Part shown: positions 53,453 to 64,000 of the stretch, piece by piece
Position numbering within the stretch: the first letter of the stretch is position 1
Layout of the letters: each line of letters starts with the position of its first letter
NCBI GenBank assembly: GCA_951406725.2
Contig: OX597825.1
Span: forward strand, 56,916,001 to 56,980,000
Direction: 5' to 3'
Origin: Octopus vulgaris
Lineage: Eukaryota
DNA length: 64,000 nt
Position numbers and translations under genes: made by a program
The notes under the pieces: model-generated
Seen by the model: the letters and a program-made list of their open reading frames with translations, nothing else
What the model was told of the DNA's origin: nothing
The model's database searches: none

Positions 53453-55079
53453 CCAGGTGTGCTAGGCGTGTACTGTGCACCCATCAAAAGTGGCAAATTC
53501 ATTATAATTATTAACCTTACTCATTAATTTAACCACAAATCATAATGGAAAACTTTTGTTATATCCCTGCTTGAAATTTTAGTGGCAGGTGTCCTGAAAT
53601 ACCACTGCACACCTCACAGCACATTGTATCATAATATGGTACCAGGCATATTCTAGGATAATGGCAGAATGAGAAACAATTAATGGCAAAGGGTGTGCGA
53701 CAGATTTAGCATAATCGCATGTTTGATTTTGTAGCAAGAAGTTGTTACATTTGAATTAATTTTAAATTCCTAAACTTAAACTAATTTTTTTACAATAATT
53801 TTTTTCTTACAATATCATCATATAACTTTGGCCTTAATTTGTTTTCATAATTAATGATAGTGGCTCATTGTACAATGAGGTTATCGAACATTTTACATCT
53901 CAAAGAAGAAGAATAGAACTTATATAGAAGTAATTTAAGTAAGTACAATTATATGGTTTCTTATTTTCAGTGTATGCACATAAGAAAATTACGGCTTATT
54001 AATTCAGTTTACTTTTGTGCTATATATTTGTATCCCAATTGAATTACATTTACATTATTTACGTTTTGGATCCTGCATTTTGAATAGAAATACACAGTTT
54101 GTATTCTTAATTTGAATAATACTAATGTTAGTCGTAGTATGATCAGTGTAACAGCACACCTAATGACAACAATCATCATACACCACTGGTATTTAGTAGC
54201 AATCTCCCGTTCTCGGATTGCAAATGCATAGCATGTATTCATATACATGCCCAACACACACACACACACACACACATACATACATACACACACAAGGTTC
54301 TATGTTGTTAGTGTGGAAATGAGAACCACGAAGCATTTGGTGTAACCAGCATCAAACATAAAGGTGATGATGTCATGCATTTTACTTCCAGTAATCCTAT
54401 CAATGGTAAGACTTACAAAGAATAAGTCCTAGGATCGATTTGCTAGACTAAAGGTGGTGCTCCAGCATGGCTTCAGTCAAATGACTGAAACAAGTAAAAG
54501 AGTAAAAGAATGTGATCACGAAAACACAAATTTCACAGCTTGTGAAGTAAACACTGCAATGTCATTCAACACCCCGCCTCATGAAGGCCACTGCTAACTC
54601 TCACTGTGCACACAACCCTGTGCTGCCATCTGTTGGCGCAATGCAGAACTAATCCAGGAACTTTTTGATACCACTTTGTATACTCACACATCTCTCATGC
54701 GTTGTGGCAATAGTGCTCTACCAAGTAACTCATTGTATGCTCATCTCACATACTTTATGTTCATCCATCAGAGCAGCAAAGACCATTTTGACATCCTTAA
54801 AGATGACTGATGACTCATGTGGTTAATTTGTTTAGAGTGAAGAGAAACTGTGCACCACCAACCTCACTCTCTCATCCGTAGTCATCTTCAATCCAGTGAC
54901 AAGACCATCTCAAGACAGCTGAGATGGTAGTAGAGGATGACCACAGTATCATACTTGTGTCATCTTGCTCTCTGTATTCCAAAAGGCATTGCTGTAGCTG
55001 CTTTCTCCTCCACTGAACCATGAAAGTCCCTTCTGCAGAGTCCACCTGATCCAGTTTTCACATGTATAGGTAGGTAAAT

Positions 55080-55358
55080 GCTAGGGTAGAGGGTAAAGAC
55101 CCCCTTCGATCATGAATGGCCATGGGATTGCACCTCTGAGGCGCAAGTCCTGGCAAGACCAGCAGTCACCCATGCAGACCACCCTCCTCCCTCCACACCA
55201 CTGATGTTGTCCAAGGGAAAGGCAAAGGTTGATACAGCATTGCACAGTGATGTTGCAACTCATTTCTACAGCTGGGTTAACTGCAGCACAATGAAATAAA
55301 GTGTCTTGCTCAAGAGCACAACACATAGCCCAGTCTGGGAATCAAACTCACTACCTCA
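55080..55358 (-). mobile_element. 5'-truncated tRNA-derived SINE
   Basis: GAGTTTGATTCCC B-box-like, TTGAGCAAGACACTTTATTTC..CCCAGCTGTAGAAATGAGT. Confidence 0.7.
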
Positions 55359-55380
55359 TGATTCATCAGTAAAACGGATA

Positions 55381-55427
55381 TCTGGCACGGCCAGTGTTTC
55401 AGCAACATTGGTGTCTCATCAGCCAGA
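55381..55427 (-). ncRNA. Hammerhead-shaped motif, probably inactive
   Basis: Minus strand TCTGG-CTGATGA-GACACCAATGTTGCT-GAAA-CACTGGCCG-TG-CCAGA: perfect 5-bp stem I but a GUG triplet. Confidence 0.5.
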
Positions 55428-55745
55428 AGCACCCCTGAACCAAAGAATGTAATAAGAGCCAAGGATCATGTTAGTGATTTCAGTGAATAAACTGTTCACT
55501 GACCTATACAGATGAATCTAGCTACAAAGGCATGACATCTGCACCTCTGCAGGATGTACAGTACCCTACCATCTCTTTTCTCTTTCACATGATTCTCCAG
55601 AACATTTTTTAAGTCCCTTCCTTTCAGATGCCTACAATGTGTTGAACTCCTCTGCTTTATTGTCACTTTTCATAACTTTCCTCCATCTCCTCCGCCACCA
55701 CCATCACAACCACCACCACTACATCATCATCATCATCATCATGAA

Positions 55746-55794
<49 letters not shown>

Positions 55795-56629
55795 TTCTTC
55801 TTCTCCATCTCCTTGTCCTCCTCTTCCTCCACCTCTCTCTGATTTCATATTTTTATAACACCTTCCTGATACTTATTTCATTCCCTGAATTCAAACCAAT
55901 CAATTACTGCACACATGAACAGACACGCACACACACTCACACACACACACACAGACACACACGCGCGCGCGCACACACACACACACATAGAAGCATACAC
56001 ACTCACACACACACACGCACACACACGCACACACACGCATGGACGCGCACACACACATGTGCGAGCACACACACACGCACACACACATATGTGTGAACAC
56101 ACACACACATGTACACATGCGCACACACGCACACACACACGCACAGACTCACACATGCATGCACATACACACACACACATGCACACACACACACACACGC
56201 ACACACACACAGAGGCATATTCACAATACCATATTCACATACAGATCACCTGTGTACACGGAAAACACATTACATGGTTTGAATACAGTGAAAGAGACAG
56301 ATATTACAAAGGTGTTATAAAAATATGAAGCCAGAGAGAGGTGAGGAGGAGGAGGAGGAGGAGGAGAAGAAGAAGAAGAAGAAGAAGAAGAAGAAGAAGA
56401 AGAAGAAGAAGAAGAAGAAGAAGAAGAAGAAGAAGGTGGTGGTGGTGGAGGCAGTGGCAGCAGCAGTGGCAGCAGCAGTGGCAGCAGCAGTGGCAGCAGT
56501 GATGGCAGCAGTGATGGCAGCTGTGGTGGTGGTGGTGCCAGAAAGAGAAGAGGAGGAGGAGAAGGAAGAAAGGTATGAAAAGTGATAGGAAAGGACTATA
56601 GAAAGACCAAGATTATGTAGGTTTATGTA

Positions 56630-56685
<56 letters not shown>

Positions 56686-56882
56686 CACATATATACACAT
56701 ACATACATATATATACACATAAATATATATACATTAAATGATGATGATGATATATACATATATTGATATAGTATATATGCATATATACATACATATATCA
56801 CACATAATGCACATATATACATGTGTATATATATATGTGTGTATGTATATCGCATGTGTGTGTGTGTGTGTGCGCGCGTGTG

Positions 56883-56944
<62 letters not shown>

Positions 56945-57431
56945 CATATACACACAGAGAAGAGAGAGAGTGAAAGAGACAGGCAGAGAGAGAGAGGGAG
57001 ATGCTAGTAAGTAATAACTAGGCAACTAATAATGAACTCTATATTTTCCAAGTAGAGTATTTGATATTTATTTATAGGAAACTTTACAAATTTATCACAT
57101 TCATACAAATTTATATGCTTTTTTCTATAAATAAGTATTTACAAATATATTAATTTACTAAAGCACTGAGGCATCGTTTGTGGGGTTAAATTGTAAATAG
57201 GTTTATAAGTGTGTAAGTACTTTTGTTAAACATATATTTGGAATAACCAGGAGAAACTAATCAAATTGTTCTCTATCTCATTATATAGAAAACCTACTAG
57301 GTTAACCAGTTATGTACACTGAAGAGTCGGAGATGGCAGTGGAGGTATTCATTTGTGTCCGAATAATTAATGTGTAGCAAGTGATTGAGCCTCTTCATCC
57401 TGTTGGGTGTGAAGGGTGCCTGAGGTGGCTG

Positions 57432-57467
<36 letters not shown>

Positions 57468-57476
57468 ATCATCAGT

Positions 57477-57785
57477 GGAGGCGCAATGGCCCAGTGGTTA
57501 GGGCAGAGGACTCGTGGTTGTAGGATTGTGGTTTTGATGCCCAGACTGGGTATTGTGAGTGTTTATTGAGCGAAGACACCTAAAAGCTCCCACAAGGCTC
57601 TGGCAACGGGTGGTGGCGATCCCTGCAGTACTCTTTCGCCACAAGTTTCTGTCTTTCTTCTGTTGACCTGCTCGCTTAGCCAGCGGGGTGGCGTTATTTG
57701 AAGGCTAAAACAATGCGAAGCGCATTGTGACCAGCAATGTGTAGCAACATCTGGTAGCCTGGTCGGACACGGTGATCACAGTGAT
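57477..57785 (+). mobile_element. tRNA-derived SINE (further family)
   Basis: GGAGGCGCAATGGCCCAGTGGTTAGGGCA head, decayed B box, tail GGTGATCACAGTGA. Confidence 0.75.
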
Positions 57786-58513
57786 ATATCATCAGCAGCA
57801 TCGTTTAACATCCATCTTCCGTGCATGCATGGGTTGGACAGTTCACAGGAGCTGGCCAGGTAGAAATACCCTATGCTACTGTGTCTGTTTTGGCAGGGTT
57901 TTTAACAGCTGGATGCCCTTCCCAACATCAACCACTCTGCAGAATGGACTTGGTGCTTTTTATGTGGAACTAGCACAGGTTGGGTTTTGGCATAATTTTT
58001 ACAGCTGGATGCCCTTCCAAATGCCAACCACTTTACAGTGTGGACCGGATGTTTTTTTTATGTGGCACCAGCACTGGCAGGGTCACCAAGTAACTCACAA
58101 GACAAGGAATTATGAGAGGGGCAGGGGCATTTGGGGAGGGGATGAAAGGTTAGAGGGTGACAAAGAGGATGAAAAGTTAGAGGGTGAGAAAGAGATGGAG
58201 AGGCAAAATCAGGTGTCTTGCTTTAACAGAGGGAGCATTGGAGGAGGTGATCCAGTATCAGATGATGAAAGGTTAGAGTATGACAGAGAAATAGGAAAGC
58301 AGAAATAGGTGTCTTGCTATAGAGGAAGTACGTGGTTACCCAGTATATTACATGGTTACTTGAAGGGTTTTAGTTAAACAAAGCAACCCCAGAACTTATT
58401 TTTTTAAACCTAGTACTTATTCTAACTACTAAATGATGAGGACATAAACACACCAACACCAGTTGTCATGTAGTGGTTGGGGACAACACAGACACAAAGA
58501 CAACCTCGCAAGA

Positions 58514-58557
<44 letters not shown>

Positions 58558-58592
58558 CAAAGTGGAGTTATAGGGTACCACACGAGTGGAAT

Positions 58593-58767
58593 TATATACA
58601 AAAGAAGGTTTGAAAATGCAATTTTAAAAGATGTTTATTTACTTTACCGGTTTCACTCTTTGGAAACTTCTACATGTTACTTTTGACAATCTTTTTCCAA
58701 AGAGTGAAACCGGTATAGTAAATAAACATCTTTTAAAATTGCATTTTCAAACCTTCTTTCGTATATA
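58593..58767. mobile_element. Near-perfect 74-bp hairpin nested in the (TA)n of a minus-strand family A SINE (~58370-58850)
   Basis: 58593-58666 versus 58694-58767 differ at 2 positions. Each arm carries GAAA-CCGG-TA on its outward-reading strand. Confidence 0.9.
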
Positions 58768-60379
58768 TATAAGTAGAATGTCTTTCAGTTTCTGTCAACC
58801 AAAGCTACTCACAAGGCCTGAGGCTATAGTAGAAGACACTTGCCGAAGGTGAATTCATAAAGTTTAAACATACAAAAGAACCCATTACACTCTCAGAGTG
58901 GTTGGTATTAGGAGGGGCATCCAGCTGTAGAAAATCATGCCAAATCACACTGGGGTCTGGTGCAGCCTTCCAGCTTACGAGCCCTGGTCAAACCAGCCAA
59001 TCCATGCCAGCATGGACAATGTACATTAATTAAATGATGATGATACTCTGCTTTAAAAGTGTATAAATTTGTACCTGTATCTGTTAAATAAAATTATATT
59101 CTTTACTTCATTTAATTTTCATCCTACAAACATTATATTGTACACATGGACCAGTTTGATTTATTTTAAGGATTTTTTTAATGAATTGGTGAACATCAAA
59201 TAGATCCTGCTTTAGGAATGCATAAATTTGAATATGTTAAATACAATTTAGCTCTTTTATATTTTTAGTATATATCTAGATTGTCTCCAGAAAACTGGAA
59301 AATCCAGAAATCCAGGCCACATCTGGTCTCATGCTTACCGTATATTTTGTCCTGTGCTGTATTGATGGTAGGCGGTCAGGTAGGTAATATATTGAAGTGG
59401 ACAATTGTGGAATCAATGTAGAGTGATGAGTGAAGTGTGTGTGTGTGTGTGTGTGTGTGTGAAGTGTGTGTGAAGTGTAGACCTGTGACATGTCATTGTG
59501 ATAAACCATCGTATAGTACAATAAGTAATTTGCAAATTGCTGAAGTGTTCTTTTGTCTGGTGTTGGTTAGTGATAATGGAGAGAGTGTGATGGTAGTGGA
59601 GGTGATGTTGGAGGAGGAGATGGTGGTGGAGGTGGGGAAGGATAGTGGGGAAATTGTAATGTTATTGTTGTTGGTGGTGGCAGCGGTGGTGGTTGTGGTG
59701 GTGGTGGTGGTGGTGGTGGTGGTGGTGGTGGTGGTGGTGGTGGTGGTGATGGTGATGGTGATGGTGGTGGTGGTGGTGACAGCAATGATAATGGTGGTAC
59801 TGGTAGTGATGGTAGTGGTGGTCACGTTGTTGTGGCGCTGATGCTGGTGCTAGTGCTGGTGCTGGTGCTAGAAGAGGTGCTGGTGGTAGTGGTGGTGGTG
59901 CTGCTGATGATGGTAGTGGTGGTGGTGGTGATGGTAGTGGTAGTGGTGTGTGGAGACCAAATAAGTGGAGAAACCTGGACAACCATCAGCTTTAATATAA
60001 AAACTCACCTTTACTCTCTCTTTATCTTTCTAACTTTCTTTCTCTCAATCTTTTTCTTCCTCTCTTACTAGTTATCTATTTCGATTTCCCTCTCTTTCAT
60101 TCCCACCATTTTTTTCTCTCCATCTCTCCCTCTCTCTCTCTATTTCTCTGTCTCTTAGCTTAAATCTATGTGGGGCAGGCCTGGCTGCGTGTTTAAGAAG
60201 TTTCCTTCCCAACCACATGGTTCTGGGTTCAGTCCCACAGCATGGCACTTTGGACAAATGTCTTTTATCATTGCCTCAGGTCATCCAAACCCTTGTAAGT
60301 GGATTTCATAGACTGAAACCGAAAGAAGCTTGTAATGTATGTTCTCTTTTGTTTATAATTATTTAAATTCTTCTTTTGA

Positions 60380-60940
60380 GAAAGGACCTGTTTTTCAACA
60401 AGGATGCAAAACTCCATCATTGGGATGTAAATCACAATAACAATGTCACATGTTTAACTTGAGAAAAGTTTTGCATATCTGTACTGTTCCACTTACAAAT
60501 TGCATTTGTAATGTGAGTGTTAGTTGGTTGATTTCTTTTTCTGAAAACCCTAGCTTATACAGATTGTCATTTAGGCATTTACTCACAAAACCATACGATT
60601 CAATTATCATTGGTTTTAATGTAGATTTATAATCTGTATACAGAAGCAGAGGTTTCAAAGCAGCTGTCCATAGTTATCCTCTTTCTCTTTGATTTTTAAA
60701 GAGATGTTCACATCAGCAGGACAGCTGACCTCTATGATGGTACATGCTTTTTCTTGGATGTCCCAAATAACAATATCTGACCTGTTATGTTTATACTTCA
60801 CATATGTTTTGATGGGAATGTTCCACCAATCTGTTGATTTTTTTGTGTACGAATTCAATAACAGAGGGGGTTCTCTATATTTATTCCAAACGGCATTGTA
60901 TATTGTTTCTGTGAAGTTGTGTCATATAGGGAGATAGTAC
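60380..60940 (-). mobile_element. RLE non-LTR 3' end
   Basis: WWNIPIKT..HNRSDIVIWD..IIEVSCPADVNISLKIKEKEDNYGQL..SGTVQICKTFLK. Confidence 0.85.
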
Positions 60941-61351
60941 TTTTATGATATGTATGTTATGTATGTAGTTGTAGTTTTTATGTATGTATTTGCAGTATAT
61001 ATGTATATATGTGTGTGTATGTATGTATATATATGTATATGTGTATATGAATGTGTGTATGTATGTATAAATATATGTATGCATGTGTGTGTGAGTGTGT
61101 GTGCATGTGAGTGTGTGTGTGTGTGTGTGTTTAAGTAATCTACCTATTACTTAAACTGTCCCCCAGTACAATATCTCCAACTCCCCTATATCCAGTTGTT
61201 TCTGGCAAACACTCTAGCTTTGTTGCCCACACATTATCCATTTTGAATTGGAAAATTGGCAGAATTCTCTTTCATTACATCGTATTATTCAAGACTAAAA
61301 GTCGACTTCTTTGTGGCAGAACTCTTTAGCCTAGCTTAACCTTTTGATCTT

Positions 61352-61389
<38 letters not shown>

Positions 61390-62096
61390 TCAATGCTGCT
61401 CTCCACTACCCCCATATTTTTTGCACTGCCACTTATCATCTCCTCCCCGCTGACTCATTCCTATTTCCTTCACCTCTCCCCAAACTGATATTCACCACTG
61501 AACATGCCTTGTTCCCCTGTTTGATTTTCACTGCATCACCTATATCTCTCTATCCCTACCTCTAACTACCTGTCATCTCACATTCTTGCAAACTTATCTG
61601 ATCATCCATTTCAATCCATTTCATCTTATCTTCTGTCCTTGTCCCCTTCACATTCACCCCCTTCTTCCTTGGTGGTACATCCTACCTCCTCATCACTACC
61701 ATCTTTTCTTCTTTCTCAGTTGGGGTAGCCTTGTATCTCCTCTGCACCAAGAAACTTCTTCCTATCCCTCTATCATACTCTTGCCTCTCAACACCAGGCA
61801 TAAACCACTTCTTTCAGTACTACACTCCACTCATCAAGGGGTCTTGTCTCAGGAGCTACTCAGTAACTTCACTGGTGCTGGTAACACGAAAAAGCACCCA
61901 GTACACTCTGTAAACTAACTGGTTTGGGGAAGGACATCTAGCTGTAGAAATCATGCCAAAACAGACGTTGAGCATCAAAGCAATTCTCTCACTTATTAGA
62001 TACCTTTTGAACTACCCAACCCATGCCAGCATGGATTACACATGTTAAATGATAATGATGGTGAAGATCTCTTCTCCTCTTACAAAAATTGGTTCT

Positions 62097-62560
62097 AATC
62101 TACCTATTACTTAAACTGTCCCCCAGTACAATATCTCTAACTCCCCTATATCCAGTTGTTTCTGGCAAACACTCTAGCTTTGTTGCCCACACATTATCCA
62201 TTTTGAATTGGAAAATTGGCAGAATTCTCTTTCATTACATCATATTATTCAAGACTAAAAGTTGGCTTCTTTGTGGCAGAACTCTTTAGCCTTGTTGAAC
62301 CTTTTGATCTTATTAGCTTTTGGAATCATAGGCTTCTTTCTTGCAAATCTTTATTCTTATTGAAGGTCTTTTAATATGGGAAATATGGTGATATATCTAT
62401 GGAATTTGAAACCTTTCTAACGCTTGCAAATCAATGTTTAATAATTTCTCTCTTAACTGCCTCCATTGCCTTCTCAACAACTTTCTGTGACTTTCTATAT
62501 TTGTTCTTCATCAGTCAATGCCCTTCTTGGATATATCATTCACTGTTTGATTATTAATAC
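62097..62560 (-). mobile_element. Old Tc1 transposase fossil; its 217-bp segment is duplicated at 61136-61353
   Basis: ARKKPMIPKANKIKRFNKAKEFCHKEANF*S*II*CNE resembles ARKKP..RL..AK..W..V.WSDE. Confidence 0.65.
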
Positions 62561-63265
62561 CAAAAAAATTAAACTATTTCTTAATTGGACCTAACTCATA
62601 GATTCTAGTTGACCACTTAGTAACCTATAAATTCAACAATACCTTTTTATCTCTCAGCAGTTTTCAGTGCCATCTTTTATCAAATTGAAGTTACAACTAA
62701 AATATGAATTCCTATATGTACAAATATGTAATACCTGCACAGTCGTGGCTGTGTGATTAGGAAACTTGCTTCCCAAACATGTAGACTTGGTTTCAGTCCC
62801 ACTGCAAGACACCTGGAACAAGTATCTTCTGCTACAGCCCCAGGTTGACCAAAGCCTTGTGAGTGGGTTTGATAGACAGAAACTGAAAGAAACCCATCAT
62901 ATTTAAAAATAAATATAAATTAATCATTATTACACTCCACTGTTGTGATTCTAGATTTTCAGAAGCACAGTGATGTTAAAATATATCTTAAACCTAACTA
63001 CTATTTTTTTTTTTTTGATAGCTGAACCCCTGCAGAGTGCTTACTGTGAGTAGTGTTTGATTATATATATATATGGAGATCTTTGGACCATGCTTTAATT
63101 TCAGGAAATTCCTGCTGGCCTACTGAAACCCACAATATAACAGGGTCACTTACAATCGATATCTAAAGAGAGACAATCCCCTATTGTTGACATTGAGTAG
63201 CAAGGTCCTTTCCTTTTCCATATTCTAGAGAGGCCACTCACTAGAGGCATTCAGCCAACAAGTTT

Positions 63266-63327
63266 TGGGATCTGATGAACACTGTAAAGCTAAGCACTTC
63301 ATGAACGTGAAACCCAGGGTAATTCTA
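63266..63327 (+). ncRNA. Minimal type-I hammerhead motif, core intact, weak stem II
   Basis: TGGGAT/ATTCTA stem I (2 G-U pairs), CTGATGA 63272-63278, GAAA 63309-63312, CCCAGGG, GUA triplet. Confidence 0.6.
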
Positions 63328-63582
63328 TAAACCGGCTTTATCTAACTTTATATTTCTGGGTTATTATAAATGTCTTTATATTTTTGTTGATAGAACCCGT
63401 TCATCCCAATAATTAATTCCTAAGGAGAAGCCTAATTTGTGATTCCAAAAGGATTATTTTTCACTTTGTTTTGAATTAAGCTTGGAAACAACTTGTAGAG
63501 TTTTTATTGGATATATCTACCAACTTGGAATAAAGTAATGTCTGCACTTCTGTTTTATACCTTTCCTTATACTTTATATGTG

Positions 63583-63810
63583 GAGGTGCATGGCTTAGTG
63601 ATTAGGGTGTCAGCATCATGATCGTAACATAGTGGTTTCGATTCCTGGACTGAGCGACACGTGTTCATTTTACGTTGCTCCAGTTCACTCAGCTGGCAAA
63701 AATGAGTAACACTGCGATGGACTGGCGTCCCATCCAGCTGGGGAGCACATACACCATAGAAACCGGGAAACCAGGCCCATGAGCCCGGCTAGGCTTTAAA
63801 AGGGCACATT
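63583..63810 (+). mobile_element. V-core-like SINE
   Basis: Homologous to 7240-7487. Confidence 0.85.
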
Positions 63811-63825
63811 TATTTATTTTTTTAT

Positions 63826-64000
<175 letters not shown>

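Overview
Gene-poor, microsatellite- and transposon-saturated animal genomic DNA. The SINE/LINE repertoire points to an octopus (coleoid cephalopod); this is an inference from recognised repeat families, not a database result. No intact protein-coding gene was found, and nearly all supplied ORFs are translated (TA)n/(CA)n/triplet microsatellites or TE fragments. Recognisable content: a processed PHF5A pseudogene (6252-6585); a full-length but dead Tc1 element (27837-29099); DD37D maT, pogo/Tigger and other Tc1/mariner fossils; RTE, CR1, L1/Tx1 and RLE-type (R4/Dong-like) LINE fragments, some inserted in (TAA)n; and about five tRNA-derived SINE families, one forming a head-to-tail array. The main unannotated signal is a dense set of minimal type-I hammerhead ribozyme (HHR) motifs of the Penelope-like kind. 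One is essentially intact inside an AT-rich island (8701-8795), several are decayed, and four unrelated foldback elements carry outward-facing HHR or HHR-shaped motifs in their inverted arms. All coordinates and pairings were read by eye, so repeat boundaries are approximate.
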